A DNA stretch of 64,000 nt from an uncultured Alphaproteobacteria bacterium (GCA_963827365.1 CAWHAX010000028.1:6441-70440), one strand, 5' to 3'; positions 21,697 to 33,312 are shown, counted from the first letter of the stretch. Notes: generated from the sequence alone by a model not told the origin. Numbers and translations: made by a program.

Positions 21697-22706
21697 GGTT
21701 TGAAGCCGTCGGGGCCCGAGCCCATGTCACCGAAGCCGATGGGAACGCCCATCTTGTCCGGTGACGGCGTGGCTTGGGGATTGGCGTCGGAGGTCACGGT
21801 GCCTGCCGCGGCGGATGCGCCCGGCGACGTCGACGGCGCAGTTCCACCAGAAGCCTGAAGCAGCAATTCGTCGGCAGGGCTCACTTTGACCGTCGCCGTC
21901 TCCTCAAGCGCGTGGCCGCCGAGCCCTGGCATCAGGTTCTGTGCTTCCTCGCGCATGGCAGCGCTCGTCGCGCCTTGCGTCTCGACATACAGCTCCTCGA
22001 TCCATTTCGGCTCTTTGCCGCTCGCCTTGGCGTTCTCATGCGCAAGCATGATGAGCGCAAGCCCGCGGGCGCGCCGCTGCCGGACATCGTCGCTGCCGCG
22101 CCACAGAAGCTCGCCGAGCGTCGCCTGCGCTTCGACATGCTGCTTCTTGGCGGCGGTCGCGAGCCAATTGATGGCGAGCCCTACATTCTTTTCAACGCCT
22201 TCACCATCGAGATAAAGACGCGCGAGCTGATACTGGGCGTCGGCATCGCCGAAATAGCTTGCCGCGTGGCGGAAGAGATTGGCCGCACGGACCGGATCCT
22301 CCGGCACCTGTGCCGAGGGAATGCCGTCGACGTAATATTCGCCGAGCGCGACGAAGGCCTCGGCGACATATTTCGACACCGGGCTCAAGGGCGAGATGTC
22401 GGCACGCTGGTTGGCGATCTGCCGATAGAAATAGAAGGCCCTGCCACTATCCTTGTTCACGCCATTGCCCGAGGCGTAGATGCGGGCAAGCTTGAGCTGG
22501 GCGCCGAGCACGCCGTGCTCCGCCGCGTATTCGAGCGCTGGCAGCGCAGCCTCGGTGTCTCCGGCCTTGAGCTCGGCGATGCCGGCGCGATAGGCGTCGG
22601 TTGCCGATACGAAAGTCGGCTGTTCGCCCGCACTTCCGACCGCAACGGGGATCAGCATCAGACCAGCCGCCAGGGCGGCGAATATGCCTTGCTTACACAT
22701 CTGCAT
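21693..22706 (-). CDS. exoR: Sel1-repeat periplasmic regulator, ExoR-like
   Basis: Signal peptide, Sel1 repeats, [16 protein letters not shown]; lies between xth and ilvD as exoR does in rhizobia; start uncertain. Confidence 0.72.
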   Translation of the reverse strand: MQMCKQGIFAALAAGLMLIPVAVGSAGEQPTFVSATDAYRAGIAELKAGDTEAALPALEYAAEHGVLGAQLKLARIYASGNGVNKDSGRAFYFYRQIANQRADISPLSPVSKYVAEAFVALGEYYVDGIPSAQVPEDPVRAANLFRHAASYFGDADAQYQLARLYLDGEGVEKNVGLAINWLATAAKKQHVEAQATLGELLWRGSDDVRQRRARGLALIMLAHENAKASGKEPKWIEELYVETQGATSAAMREEAQNLMPGLGGHALEETATVKVSPADELLLQASGGTAPSTSPGASAAAGTVTSDANPQATPSPDKMGVPIGFGDMGSGPDGFKP

Positions 22707-24423
22707 AGCACGCCACTTCCACGCTACCGCCGGGGTGGGTAACGGCGCCAGTTCGCGCCGGACCAACCTCGTTCGCATATTTCCACAGAGCGCCGCTCCG
22801 AAACGGAATCGGCCGCGCCTTCCACTCTTTCTTCCGCTCCGCGAGCTCGCTTTGGTTCAGCTCGACATCGAGCGTCCCCTTCTCGGCGTCGAGCACAATC
22901 GTGTCGCCGTCGCGAAGCAGCGCGATCGGACCGCCGAGGGCTGCCTCGGGGCCGACATGGCCGACGCAGAAGCCGCGCGTGGCGCCAGAGAAGCGTCCAT
23001 CGGTGATCAGCGCGAGCTTGTCGCCCATGCCCTGGCCGTAAAGCGCAGCCGTGGTCGACAGCATCTCGCGCATGCCGGGGCCGCCCTTCGGGCCCTCGTA
23101 ACGAATGACGATGACGTCGCCTTCCTTATAGTTGCGCGCGCTCACCGCGGCGAAGGCATCCTCCTCGCAGTCGAAGCAGCGCGCAGGCCCGCGGAATTTC
23201 AGTCCGGTCATACCGGCCACCTTGACGATGGCACCGTCAGGCGCGAGCGAGCCGCGCAAGCCGACGACACCGCCGGTCGGCGAAATAGGATTGTTCGCCG
23301 GACGCACGACGTTCTGATCGGGGTTCCAGCGCACTTTGGCGAGATTGTCGGCGATGGTGCGACCGGTCACGGTCAGGCAATCGCCGTGCAGATAGCCATG
23401 CTCGAGCAGCGTCTTCATCAGGATGGGAATGCCGCCAGCCTCGAACATGTCCTTGGCGACGTAGCGGCCGGACGGCTTCAGATCGGCGATGTACGGCGTG
23501 CGCTTCAGCACCTCGGCAACGGCGAACAGGTCGAAATCGATGCCGCATTCATGGGCGATGGCCGGGAGATGCAGCGCGGCATTGGTCGAGCCGCCGGTCG
23601 CAGCCACCACAGCAGCGGCATTCTCCAGCGCTTTGCGGGTGATAATGTCGCGCGGGCGGACGTTGAGGGCGATCAGGTCCATGACCTTCTCGCCCGCCGC
23701 CATGCAGAAGCGGTCGCGGATCTCGTAAGGCGCGGGCGCGCCGGCCGAATAGGGCAGCGCGAGGCCGATGGCCTCGGAGACGGTCGCCATGGTGTTGGCG
23801 GTGAACTGCGCGCCGCAAGCGCCGGCAGAGGGACACGCCACCTGCTCGAGCTCTTCCAGATCGTCGGCGGACATCTTGCCGACGGAGAACTGGCCGACAG
23901 CCTCGAACAGGTCCTGCACTGTGACGGGACGGCCGCGATAGGAACCTGGAAGGATGGAGCCGCCGTAGATGAAGATCGACGGCACGTTGAGCCGGCACAT
24001 GGCCATCATCATGCCTGGCAGAGACTTGTCGCAGCCGGCCATGCCGATCAGCGCGTCGTAGCAATGGCCGCGCATGGTGAGTTCGACGGAATCGGCGATG
24101 ACCTCGCGCGAGGGCAGCGAGGACTTCATGCCCTGGTGCCCCATGGCGATGCCGTCGGTGACGGTGATGGTGCAGAATTCGCGCGGCGTGCCGTTTGCCG
24201 CCGACACGCCCTGCTTCACGGCCTGCGCCTGGCGCATCAGCGCGATGTTGCAAGGGGCTGCTTCGTTCCAGCAGGTGGCAACGCCGACGAAGGGCTGGTG
24301 GATCTGCTCGCGCGACAGACCCATGGCGTAATAGTACGAACGATGGGGCGCCCGGGCGGGACCCTCGGTGACATGCCGACTGGGCAAACGCGACTTATCG
24401 AACGTCTTGGCGTCCATTCTCAA
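22693..24423 (-). CDS. ilvD: Dihydroxy-acid dehydratase
   Basis: [43 protein letters not shown]. Confidence 0.97.
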   Translation of the reverse strand: MRMDAKTFDKSRLPSRHVTEGPARAPHRSYYYAMGLSREQIHQPFVGVATCWNEAAPCNIALMRQAQAVKQGVSAANGTPREFCTITVTDGIAMGHQGMKSSLPSREVIADSVELTMRGHCYDALIGMAGCDKSLPGMMMAMCRLNVPSIFIYGGSILPGSYRGRPVTVQDLFEAVGQFSVGKMSADDLEELEQVACPSAGACGAQFTANTMATVSEAIGLALPYSAGAPAPYEIRDRFCMAAGEKVMDLIALNVRPRDIITRKALENAAAVVAATGGSTNAALHLPAIAHECGIDFDLFAVAEVLKRTPYIADLKPSGRYVAKDMFEAGGIPILMKTLLEHGYLHGDCLTVTGRTIADNLAKVRWNPDQNVVRPANNPISPTGGVVGLRGSLAPDGAIVKVAGMTGLKFRGPARCFDCEEDAFAAVSARNYKEGDVIVIRYEGPKGGPGMREMLSTTAALYGQGMGDKLALITDGRFSGATRGFCVGHVGPEAALGGPIALLRDGDTIVLDAEKGTLDVELNQSELAERKKEWKARPIPFRSGALWKYANEVGPARTGAVTHPGGSVEVACYADV

Positions 24424-24662
24424 CGGCCCGGATGAGGTGCAAGAGAAGCCAGTGGTTCCCCGCCACCGCTACTCACTGGTATCGACCTCCGCCGCCGGTC
24501 CTCGCCCCGCGCGAGTCTTGCAACGCTACCCAGGCCGACGCTCCTCGTACAAATGCTGATCTCTCAAAGTTTTATGGCGCAAACGAGGCGAAAATACCGC
24601 AGTCTGTGGTATTTGAGTTACAGGGCTGAAGATTTCGCTAACCGCGAAAGCCAAGGGGAGAA

Positions 24663-27395
24663 TTAAAGTGCTGCTTCCAGCCGTTTCAAGGCCTGCTCAA
24701 GCCTTGCGGCAGTTGCCTCAGCATCAGCTTTACGTTCGCGTTGCTCCTCGACCACATGCTCAGGGGCACGGGCGACGAACTTCTCGTTGGCGAGTTTGGC
24801 ATCAAGCTGGCGGATTTCAGACCCAACCTTGTCGATTTCGCGTTTGAGGCGTTTCAACTCGGCTGCGACGTCGATGATGCCGGCAAGCGGAAGCGCGAGC
24901 GTCGCCTCGTCGAGCACGATCTGGACGGCGCCGGCGGGAACCTTGTCGAAGCTCATAGCATCGATCCGGGCATGGCGGAGGATGGTCTCCTCGTGGCGCT
25001 TCGCCCGCGCCGTCGTCCCGTCGCTTGCGCCGGAGATGACGAGCGGCACCTTGGCGCCGGCCGGGACATTCATCTCCGAGCGCACCGAGCGCACCTCCGA
25101 GATGAGCCTGATGAGCCAGCCGATCTCGGCGTCAGCCTCGGCGTTCTCCAGGCCCTGTTGTTTCGGCCAGGGGGCGAGTATGAGGAGGCTCTCCCTCCCC
25201 TCGCCTTCTGGCGCCAGCTTCGCCCACAGCTCCTCGGTGACGAAGGGCATGAAGGGGTGAAGCAGCTTGAGCGCGCGGTCGAGCACCCAGGCTGTCATGG
25301 CGCGCGTCTCCGCGGCGGCGTCCTGATCGGACCCCGACAGGATCGGCTTGATCAGCTCGAGATACCAGTCGCAGAACTTGTGCCAAATGAAGGTGTAGAT
25401 GGCGCCGGCGGCTTCGTTGAAGCGATAGGCTTCGAGCGCCTCGGTGACGGTGGCGAGCGCCCGCTCGTTCTCGACGGCGATCCAGCGGTTGATGGTCTGC
25501 TTGGCGCTCGCGGGATCGAAGCCTTTCACGGGTACGCAGGCGTTGATCTCGGCGAAGCGCGCAGCGTTCCACAGCTTGGTCGCGAAATTGCGGTAACCCT
25601 CGACGCGTGAGGCGCTGAGCTTGATGTCGCGGCCCTGCGCTGCCATGGCCGAGAGCGTGAAGCGGAGCGCGTCGGCGCCATAGGCGTCGATCAGCTCGAG
25701 CGGGTCGATGACGTTGCCTTTCGACTTCGACATCTTCTGGCCCTTCTCGTCGCGGACCAGCGCATGGATGTAGACGTCGCGGAACGGCACCTCCTCCATG
25801 ACGTGCAGGCCCATCATCATCATGCGGGCGACCCAGAAGAAGATGATGTCAAAGCCGGTAACGAGAACGTCGGTCGGGTAGTAACGCTTCACCTCCGGCG
25901 TTTCGTCTGGCCAGCCGAGCGTTGAGAACGGCCATAGGGCGGAGGAGAACCAGGTGTCGAGGACATCTTCGTCGCGGATGAGCGCGACGGTTCTGCCGTA
26001 CTCTTCCTTGGCGAGCGCGGCTGCTTGCGCCTCTTCCTCGGCAACGAACACCTTGCCATCCGGCCCATACCAGGCCGGGATCTGATGGCCCCACCACAGC
26101 TGGCGAGAGATGCACCAAGGTTGGATGTTCTCCATCCAATGGAAGTAGGTGTTCTCCCAGTTCTTGGGGACGAACACGGTGCGGCCGCGCTTCACGGCAT
26201 CGATGGCGGGCTTCGCCAAGGTCTTGGCGTCGACATACCATTGGTCGGTGAGGAACGGCTCGATGACCACGTTCGAGCGGTCGCCGTGCGGAACGGTGTG
26301 CACGCAAGGCTCGATCTTTTCGACCAGACCCTGCTCTACCAGCCGCGCAACGATGGCCTTGCGCGCGGCGAAGCGGTCCAGCCCGTGCAATTCTTGAATC
26401 GTCAGAGTCAGTTGCGGACTCGGCGCAACACCCTGGGTGAAGTCCGGATTGCCATCGAGCAGAAGCTTTGCTTCCGGATTGAGGATGCTCACCTGCGGCA
26501 GCGCGTGGCGCTTCCCGACCTCGAAGTCGTTGAAGTCGTGCGCCGGCGTGATCTTCACCGCGCCCGAGCCCTTCTGGGGATCCGAATATTCGTCGGCGAC
26601 GATGGGGATGCGGCGGCCGACCAGCGGCAGGATCACGTTCTTGCCGACGAGCGCTTTGTAGCGCTCGTCGTCGGGATGCACGGCGACGGCGGTATCGCCG
26701 AGCATGGTCTCAGGCCGCGTGGTGGCGACAACAATGTAGGTCGATGCATCGTCGGGGTCGAAGGCGCGGTCCTCAAGCGGATAGCGCAGATGCCAGAGGC
26801 TGCCCTTCACCTCGACCTGCTCGACTTCGAGGTCGGAGATGGCGGTGAGCAGCTTCGGGTCCCAATTGACGAGGCGCTTGTCCTTGTAGATCAGCCCCGC
26901 GCGGTAAAGATCGATGAACACCTTACGCACGGCGCGGGACATCCCCTCGTCCATGGTGAAGCGCTCGCGCGACCAGTCGCAGGAGGCGCCGAGCCGCTTC
27001 AGCTGATTGATGATCAGCCCGTCGGACTCGTCCTTCCATTGCCACACGCGGCGGACGAATTCCTCCCTGCCGAGGTCGCGGCGGTTCGGCTCCTGGCGCT
27101 CCATCAATTGCCGCTCGACCACCATCTGCGTGGCGATGCCGGCATGATCCGTCCCAGGCTGCCACAGCACGTCGCGGCCGCGCATGCGCTCGAAGCGGGC
27201 GAGCAGGTCCTGCAGTGTGTTGTTGAGCGCGTGACCCATATGCAGCGAGCCGGTCACGTTCGGCGGAGGGATGACGATGGCGAAGGGACGCGCGCTCTCG
27301 CGGCCGGGCTGGCCTGCCGCAAACGCTCCAGCCTTCTCCCAGAGGCGGTAGGTCGGCTCTTCGATAGCAGAGGGCTGATAGGACTTGTCGAGCAT
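24663..27395 (-). CDS. valS: Valine--tRNA ligase
   Basis: [30 protein letters not shown]-terminal coiled coil. Confidence 0.98.
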   Translation of the reverse strand: MLDKSYQPSAIEEPTYRLWEKAGAFAAGQPGRESARPFAIVIPPPNVTGSLHMGHALNNTLQDLLARFERMRGRDVLWQPGTDHAGIATQMVVERQLMERQEPNRRDLGREEFVRRVWQWKDESDGLIINQLKRLGASCDWSRERFTMDEGMSRAVRKVFIDLYRAGLIYKDKRLVNWDPKLLTAISDLEVEQVEVKGSLWHLRYPLEDRAFDPDDASTYIVVATTRPETMLGDTAVAVHPDDERYKALVGKNVILPLVGRRIPIVADEYSDPQKGSGAVKITPAHDFNDFEVGKRHALPQVSILNPEAKLLLDGNPDFTQGVAPSPQLTLTIQELHGLDRFAARKAIVARLVEQGLVEKIEPCVHTVPHGDRSNVVIEPFLTDQWYVDAKTLAKPAIDAVKRGRTVFVPKNWENTYFHWMENIQPWCISRQLWWGHQIPAWYGPDGKVFVAEEEAQAAALAKEEYGRTVALIRDEDVLDTWFSSALWPFSTLGWPDETPEVKRYYPTDVLVTGFDIIFFWVARMMMMGLHVMEEVPFRDVYIHALVRDEKGQKMSKSKGNVIDPLELIDAYGADALRFTLSAMAAQGRDIKLSASRVEGYRNFATKLWNAARFAEINACVPVKGFDPASAKQTINRWIAVENERALATVTEALEAYRFNEAAGAIYTFIWHKFCDWYLELIKPILSGSDQDAAAETRAMTAWVLDRALKLLHPFMPFVTEELWAKLAPEGEGRESLLILAPWPKQQGLENAEADAEIGWLIRLISEVRSVRSEMNVPAGAKVPLVISGASDGTTARAKRHEETILRHARIDAMSFDKVPAGAVQIVLDEATLALPLAGIIDVAAELKRLKREIDKVGSEIRQLDAKLANEKFVARAPEHVVEEQRERKADAEATAARLEQALKRLEAAL

Positions 27396-27477
27396 CGGCG
27401 CCTTTAGCCTCGCGAAGCGGTGCGGCCCCGCGTCCTACGATTTAGGCTTCGGCGCTGTCAATGAGAGGTGCAACAGC

Positions 27478-27552
27478 GTCATACCGGCGAAGGCCGGGGT
27501 CCAGTCTTCTCCTGCGCTTCGCGCGCAGGATTTCGGCTTGCGCCGGAATGAC
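27478..27552. repeat. REP-like palindromic element (GTCAT...ATGAC type)
   Basis: GTCATACCGGCGAAGGCCGGGGTCCAG...GGATTTCGGCTTGCGCCGGAATGAC. Confidence 0.75.
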
Positions 27553-27563
27553 GGAGTACGTGC

Positions 27564-28850
27564 CTAGCTGCCCCGCCGCATGTCGGAATTCTCAAGCTCC
27601 TCGCGAAGCGCGGCGGTGAGCACGCGTTGCATGTTCTCGTCGAGCCATTGCTTGAGCATCGGCCTCAGCATCTCCTTGACGCTGTCCTCGAGCGATTTCG
27701 ACGACGCGGGCCCGGCGTAATCGTGCGGCTCATGGTCCCTGCCGCCATTGACGCGGGCCGGGTTGAGTTCGAATTCGTTCGCGGGCGGCGCGCCGCGCCA
27801 GGACATGCCCTCGCTCCGCCAGGGCGCCGGCTCGGGCTCAGGTTCAAATTCAGGCTCCGGCTCCGGCTCGGGCTGCCGTTCTGCGGCACTTGCCACGTCG
27901 GACCAGGACGGCCCTTCGGCCTGCCATGACGGCGTGCTTGGCTCGAACGTGGTCTCAGGCTCGGCGAGGACGACCGCCTCCTCTTCCTCCATCACCACGA
28001 CTTCCGGCTCTGGCTCAGGCTCGAAGCTCGGCACTTCCGGCTCGATGGCAGGCTCGGCGAAGGACGGTGCCTCAGGTTCCGGCGTCGCATAGATCGGCGC
28101 CGGCGGCACATAGACTGGATCGGGCGCCTCCGAGCCAGCTTGCGCCTCGCGAGCGAAGGCCGCGAGGTCGCCCGCTCTCAGCGCTGCAATGGCGCGTTCG
28201 AGCGCCGTGGTCGGATCGTCGAGAGAAGGTGCTGGCTGGGGCGCCACCGGCGGTTCGCTCGCCTGCGTCTCGGCGATAGTCACGGTCTCTTCCACGCTGG
28301 TCGGCGCGGGCTCTTCGTAGGTCGATGCCGGCTCTTCGTAGGCTGGCTCAGGCAGTTCATAGGCCGGCGCGTCATAGGCCGGCGCGGATTCGGCAAAGCT
28401 CTCAACCGCCTCAGTCAAACTCTCGGCCATCTCAGTCGGCGGCTCGGACGGCGGAAAGGCCGCGCCGAAATCGAGCTTCGGCCGCGGTTCCCCGTAGACC
28501 TCGGTCTCGAGCACGACCTCTTCCAAGACGGTGATCGGCTCGTCGGCCATCATCACGTCCTCGGGCGAGGCGCCGCCCGGTTCGGTCAGCTCAAGGATGT
28601 CATCGGGATCGTCATCGACCGGCGCCGGCTCAGCGGCGACTGAGACATTGCCCAGCGCCCGCTCGATGTCGGCAATCATCTGCGTATCGGCTGCCTCATA
28701 CTCGGCATCCTCGACCCGGACCTGCTCCGCATACTCTGAACTTGTTGCGCGCTGCTGTGTCGAATTCGCTTCGTCATCAGAGATGATCCGACGGATGGAG
28801 GCCAGAATCTCCTCCATCGTCGGTTCGGGAGCCCGTTCCGTGCTGCTCAT
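27564..28850 (-). CDS. popZ: Polar organizing protein PopZ (428 aa)
   Basis: N-terminal EPTMEEILASIRRII, long P/E/D linker, C-terminal SLEDSVKEMLRPMLKQWLDEN; between tolC and valS. Confidence 0.9.
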   Translation of the reverse strand: MSSTERAPEPTMEEILASIRRIISDDEANSTQQRATSSEYAEQVRVEDAEYEAADTQMIADIERALGNVSVAAEPAPVDDDPDDILELTEPGGASPEDVMMADEPITVLEEVVLETEVYGEPRPKLDFGAAFPPSEPPTEMAESLTEAVESFAESAPAYDAPAYELPEPAYEEPASTYEEPAPTSVEETVTIAETQASEPPVAPQPAPSLDDPTTALERAIAALRAGDLAAFAREAQAGSEAPDPVYVPPAPIYATPEPEAPSFAEPAIEPEVPSFEPEPEPEVVVMEEEEAVVLAEPETTFEPSTPSWQAEGPSWSDVASAAERQPEPEPEPEFEPEPEPAPWRSEGMSWRGAPPANEFELNPARVNGGRDHEPHDYAGPASSKSLEDSVKEMLRPMLKQWLDENMQRVLTAALREELENSDMRRGS

Positions 28851-28925
28851 CGCTGAAATTCCTTGCCGCCATTGCCCCGCTCCCACCCCGCGGTCATACC
28901 TGGGTGGCCCTCAAGCCTTTGCAGC

Positions 28926-28941
28926 TTAACACACGGTTAAC
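28926..28941. promoter_or_regulatory. CtrA box upstream of popZ
   Basis: TTAA-CACACGG-TTAAC, exact TTAA-N7-TTAA(C). Confidence 0.75.
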
Positions 28942-29002
28942 GTACAAGTCTCGGACTGGTTCGGGCGGATATTTATGATTGTAACCTTAACCGCCGTTCC
29001 AA

Positions 29003-30679
29003 TCATTCGTCGGGGGCCGGCGGAGCGGGCGGCCTGAGCCCAAACCACTTGTTCTTGATAATCTCATAGTGCTCAAGCGGGTCGTAGTAAGGTACCGATA
29101 AACCTAGACTTTGTGCATCTAGTCGGCCAATTGAGGCATAGATCGCGTATTCGGCCACCACGCGGTCGCGCTTGGCGGTGACGAGCTGGATCTGCGAGCC
29201 GAGATATTCGAGCTCGGCGTTGAGCACATCGAGCGTAGTGCGCTGACCGACCTTCTCCTCCTCGCGCACGCCTTCGAGCGCGATGCGGTTGGCTTCGAGC
29301 GCATCCTGCGCCGACGTAATCTGCGATGCGGTGGATTGGAGCAGGCCCCAATTCGAGATCACCTCGGCGTGGATGCGGAGCCGCGCGTCCTCTACTTCCT
29401 TCTTGAGCTGATTGGTGGTCTCCTTGGCTTGGCGGATGCGCGCGGCGACCCCGCCACCCTGATAAAGCGGCACGTTCACCCGCCCCATGACGGTGGTGAC
29501 CTGCTGCTCCTTCAGCGTGTTGCTCAGTCCGAAGCGCTGCTCGTACTGCGCGTCGAGCGTGACTTGCGGCAACAGCTCGCCCATGATCTGGTTCACGTTA
29601 TAGAGCGAGGCCTCCTCCTGATAGACCGCGTTCAGGATGAAGGGGTTCTGTCCATCGCCCAAGGTCATGGCGTCTTCAAGCTGGCTCGGAAGCAGATGCA
29701 CGATCGATGGCGGGTGAACGAGGTTCGAGGGCGGATGGCCGATGATCTGCTCGTAGGTGGCGCGGCTCGTCTTGAGGTTGGCTTGCGCGGCATAGAGCTG
29801 GGTGATGGCGTCTGACCGGCGCGCCTCGGCCTGGGCAACGTCGGTGCGCGTCACCTCGCCCACATTGAAGCGGTCCTTGGTCTGGCGGAGCTGCTCGGTC
29901 AGCACCTCGACGTTGGAATCGCGCAAGCGCACCACCGCCTGATCACGCACCACGTCAACATAGGCGGTGACGGCGTTGAGAAGCGTGGTCTGCTCGACGG
30001 CGCGAAGGCCTTCACGGCCGGCCTGCACGGTGGCCTTGGCCTGGCGGATGGCGTTGATGTTCTGGAAGCCCTCGAAGATGGGCTGGCTGAGTTGAACGGA
30101 ATAGCCACGCGGATGCGTGACGCCGTCGCTCGATAACTCGCTTTCGATGTTACCTAACGACTGCTGTTGCTGTTGCTGTTGTTGTGCAGCGAGCGAGGCG
30201 CAGAAGGCCGGCTCAGTCAATTGGGTCGCCTCATCGCACTGTTGAACCTTTTGTTGAACCTGCTGCCGGCTACCACCGACAATGTCGGATTCCTGATTCT
30301 GGAATGCAGCGTCGCCGGAGGCGCTAATGTTAGGGCGCAAGCCGGATTTGGCGACGGAAACCTGCTCGTCGGTGGCGCGTAGTCTGGCGCGCTCGGAGCT
30401 CAGCACCGGGTTGATGAGATAGGCGTTCGAAAGCGCCTCTTGCAGCGTTTCGGCCGCGACAGGGTGCGCGCAGAAAATGGCTCCCATGGCTAGACACGCG
30501 AGGGCCGCCGCCCCGCCACGCCGCCAGGAGCCTTCCGCGCAGGACTTACGATGCCTGCTCTGGACGCCTGTCACTTTTTTTAAGCCTCCGCAGTCAAAGG
30601 AATCGCCCCGCCTCCGACTGCCCTTCGAAACATAGAGCACCCAAAAGAGGGAGGTAACCGGAGAGGCCAGTTTCCACAC
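29003..30679 (-). CDS. tolC: TolC family outer membrane protein
   Basis: ETLQEALSNAY, RFNVGEVTRTDVAQAEAR, VPLYQGG, VGQRTTLDVLNAE; true start probably downstream (about 30574). Confidence 0.93.
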   Translation of the reverse strand: MWKLASPVTSLFWVLYVSKGSRRRGDSFDCGGLKKVTGVQSRHRKSCAEGSWRRGGAAALACLAMGAIFCAHPVAAETLQEALSNAYLINPVLSSERARLRATDEQVSVAKSGLRPNISASGDAAFQNQESDIVGGSRQQVQQKVQQCDEATQLTEPAFCASLAAQQQQQQQQSLGNIESELSSDGVTHPRGYSVQLSQPIFEGFQNINAIRQAKATVQAGREGLRAVEQTTLLNAVTAYVDVVRDQAVVRLRDSNVEVLTEQLRQTKDRFNVGEVTRTDVAQAEARRSDAITQLYAAQANLKTSRATYEQIIGHPPSNLVHPPSIVHLLPSQLEDAMTLGDGQNPFILNAVYQEEASLYNVNQIMGELLPQVTLDAQYEQRFGLSNTLKEQQVTTVMGRVNVPLYQGGGVAARIRQAKETTNQLKKEVEDARLRIHAEVISNWGLLQSTASQITSAQDALEANRIALEGVREEEKVGQRTTLDVLNAELEYLGSQIQLVTAKRDRVVAEYAIYASIGRLDAQSLGLSVPYYDPLEHYEIIKNKWFGLRPPAPPAPDE

Positions 30680-30735
30680 AAATGCCCCGCGCAGTGTGGG
30701 ATCACAGCAACAGTCGGCGACGGGACGGGGAACGG

Positions 30736-31422
30736 CTAGAACGTGAAGGCTGTGGAAAAGTTGAAGCCTGGCAATGGCTTGGCGTTGGCGTCGAAATGTG
30801 GCAAGCCGCTCGCCTCTCCATCCACTTTGACGAAAAGACAGGCCTTGCTCTGGCGGGGAGGGCCTTGCGGTCCGTTTGCGACGACGGCAACGAGCCTGCC
30901 GCCATCCTTGAGCTGCGCCAAGAGGGATTCCGGAACCTCGGGCACGCTGCCGTTGAGAAGAATCACGTCGAAAGGGCCGGCGTTTGGGGCGCCCCGCGCG
31001 TGCTCGCCGTGGACGACTGCCACATCGTTCAAACCCAGCGCCTGGAGGGTCTCGCGCGCCGTAGCGGCAAGCTCTGGCTCGGCTTCGACCGCGGTTACGA
31101 CCTGTGCGAGATGGGAAAGGATGGCAGTCGAGTAGCCGGCGGCGCAGCCAATATCGAGCACGCTGTCTTTCGCCTCGACCGATGCAAGCTGGATCAGCCG
31201 CGCGAGCACGACGGGCGGAAGAAGATAGCGTGCAGGGCCGCCGTCGAGCGACGGCCAGACCTCGAGCGCGGCGTCGCTATAGGCGAGATCACGCTTGGCC
31301 GCGGGCACGAAACTCTCGCGCGGCAGCGCGGCGAACGCCGCCAAGATGCGCCGGTCAGTCACCCTGTCGGTGCGGAGCTGCGATTCGACCATGGTCGCCC
31401 GCGCCGCTTCAAAATCGATCAT
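30736..31422 (-). CDS. Protein-L-isoaspartate O-methyltransferase homolog (second copy)
   Basis: ARATMVESQLR, VLDIGCAAGYS, GPFDVILLNG; upstream of tolC. Confidence 0.9.
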   Translation of the reverse strand: MIDFEAARATMVESQLRTDRVTDRRILAAFAALPRESFVPAAKRDLAYSDAALEVWPSLDGGPARYLLPPVVLARLIQLASVEAKDSVLDIGCAAGYSTAILSHLAQVVTAVEAEPELAATARETLQALGLNDVAVVHGEHARGAPNAGPFDVILLNGSVPEVPESLLAQLKDGGRLVAVVANGPQGPPRQSKACLFVKVDGEASGLPHFDANAKPLPGFNFSTAFTF

Positions 31423-31539
31423 CACTTCCTCCTCACTCCCTCGAGACGCCAACCATAAGCGCCCCCGGCCGACCGCAAAGCCTTATTGACGCGCATGCCA
31501 AAGGGCACCTAGTTACAGGGCTCGATCACCCCCTAACCT

Positions 31540-31613
31540 GGCCACGTGGCGGAGTGGTGACGCAGCGGACTGCAAATCCGTGCACCCCGGTTCGATTCCG
31601 GGCGTGGCCTCCA
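31540..31613 (+). tRNA. tRNA-Cys(GCA)
   Basis: GGCCACG acceptor stem, anticodon loop CTGCAAA, GGTTCGATTCC, CCA end; 74 nt. Confidence 0.96.
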
Positions 31614-31617
31614 CCTC

Positions 31618-31926
31618 TCAACTCGCAACATCACTCGACCTTCGTCCTCGGGGATCGTTCGCCGGAGCGTTCGTTCCATTCGGCGCGTTCTCGCCGTTCT
31701 CCTTGCGGTCGCGATGCCACCACACGGCAAGCTGACGACGCCAGCGCCGCACGATGGGGATATCCACCGAGAGCACGAGCAGCCCGAGCGGGATCATCCA
31801 GAAGCCGACGACGGGAAGGAAGCCGACGAGCCCGAAGGCGACGAGCAGGATGCCGAGGCCGATGCGGATCGGCTTCGACTGCGGCAGGTGGAAATGACGA
31901 TTGGCGAAACGGATCTTGGCGGCCAT
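31618..31926 (-). CDS. Small membrane protein
   Basis: GILLVAFGLVGFLPVVGFWMIPLGLLVLSVD, followed by Arg-rich tail. Confidence 0.75.
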   Translation of the reverse strand: MAAKIRFANRHFHLPQSKPIRIGLGILLVAFGLVGFLPVVGFWMIPLGLLVLSVDIPIVRRWRRQLAVWWHRDRKENGENAPNGTNAPANDPRGRRSSDVAS

Positions 31927-32091
31927 GCTCGCTCTTTCTGCGGGTCATTCCCACATAAGGACGATAGGGATGTGCCGCAACCTGCCCTTTTGCCGCCGTC
32001 TGGCCGTGTGCGCCGGCGTCCGTAAAGCGCTGGCAAGCGCTAACGTACTTTGCTATGACGCCCCTAGCTGCGCTTCATATGCGCGCTCTGC

Positions 32092-32167
32092 TCCCCGGTA
32101 GCTCAGCAGGTAGAGCAAGCGGCTGTTAACCGCTGGGTCGCTGGTTCGAATCCGGCCCGGGGAGCCA
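32092..32167 (+). tRNA. tRNA-Asn(GTT)
   Basis: TCCCCGG...CTGTTAA...GGTTCGAATCC...GGGGAGCCA; 76 nt. Confidence 0.96.
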
Positions 32168-32619
32168 AATTTCTCAAGGACTTAGCCAAAAGTAGTTTGT
32201 CCTAGAAAGCCTCTGGGGCAACATCTGGGGCAACTTTCTGTAGATTTCGCGACGACATTATAATGTGGCGCACCGTATCGAGAGTTCGCAGTTCCCGACC
32301 CACTAACCCACCTATCTCGGGTTCGTGCCAATCAAACAGAACAGCCGCCACTTGCCGTGGCTGCTTGTGACGCTTCGGAACGATTGTGACTGCCGCACGT
32401 TTAATATGCCAGGTGGGATAGGCTTAGCTAGCAGCCTATCTGAACGCGAAAGCGACCTAGAAGCCCCGGTAGCTCCGGGGCTTCGTCGCATAGGCTTGTT
32501 GACCAAAGTTGTCGCTACTATAATCAGACCGTGGTGATGGGCGCGCCATCCCATCATCATCGTCTCATCCCTGAACGAGCGGAAGAAGCCCTGGCGTCGG
32601 CCAGTCCGGGCTTCTTCTT

Positions 32620-32862
32620 TTAGCGTCTGCCCTTCGGCCTCGGGTAGATGCTGCCATTCTCCCCCAACTCAATCCCGGCCTTAGCCAGCGCGTTCACCAC
32701 CGCCGTGATGGTGCCAGACTGCCCACGCACCTGATGCGCCTCAAAGGCTTCCAGTCTTACTATCGTGGTGACGTGAACCTTGGCGAGGCGGGCAAGCTCT
32801 GATTGGTCGAGCCCCGCTAAGATACTTGGAACCAGCCGCCCCTCATTACGTTCGCTAATCAA
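32620..32862 (-). pseudogene. XRE/HTH regulator, probably 5'-truncated
   Basis: ILAGLDQSELARLAKVHVTTIVRLE...VVNALAKAGIE; the usual N-terminal QLRAAR-type segment is absent. Confidence 0.6.
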
Positions 32863-32880
32863 ACTCTTGAGGGACTAACC

Positions 32881-33312
32881 ATGAATCCCGCCCTGTTTCT
32901 CAGCTTGGTTATCATTTTGGCTGCTGCGCTCCCGTGGTGGCCGTATAGCGCCTATGGCAGATTGCGGCACCATCGCCCATGGGATTGGCTACTGCACACA
33001 CCATCGCCCGAAGATGCGTGCATTACGGCTACGGAAAGTCGTACCAGGCGCGTCCACCGAACTTGGCTCGAAAAGCTGTCGTTTCGGCAGCATGCGTATG
33101 AGACCAAGATTTTCGATCAGCGAGGCGAGATACTTGGCCGAGGAGCTACGCCGGAAGCATCGCAAAGAGCGGCGATGGCGCAAACATCGCAAAGAGCGGC
33201 GATGAAGCCATGCAATAGCAACTCGGAAACGCACCTGCAGGACGATCTACTAAGGGGGTTTGAGGAGCGTTGGTTCGCGCTCGAACGACAAACCGCTCGG
33301 CCTACCGTTTGA
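32881..33312 (+). CDS. Microprotein family A with DUF3309-like N-terminal TM segment
   Basis: LPWWPYS N-terminus; RTRRVHRTWLEKLSFRQHAY...GRGATPEAS aligns with 33776 and 36411 ORFs. Confidence 0.55.
   Translation: MNPALFLSLVIILAAALPWWPYSAYGRLRHHRPWDWLLHTPSPEDACITATESRTRRVHRTWLEKLSFRQHAYETKIFDQRGEILGRGATPEASQRAAMAQTSQRAAMKPCNSNSETHLQDDLLRGFEERWFALERQTARPTV

Noticed and set aside
22684-24435. 583 aa + strand ORF and similar long antisense ORFs (18681, 26025, 11147, 14979)
   Set aside because: Shadows of ilvD, dgt/argS, valS, the ABC gene and the SPOR gene, as expected in high-GC DNA; no motifs
33158-33205. 27-bp-period duplication (SQRAAM twice)
   Set aside because: Simple in-frame slippage duplication with no further structure
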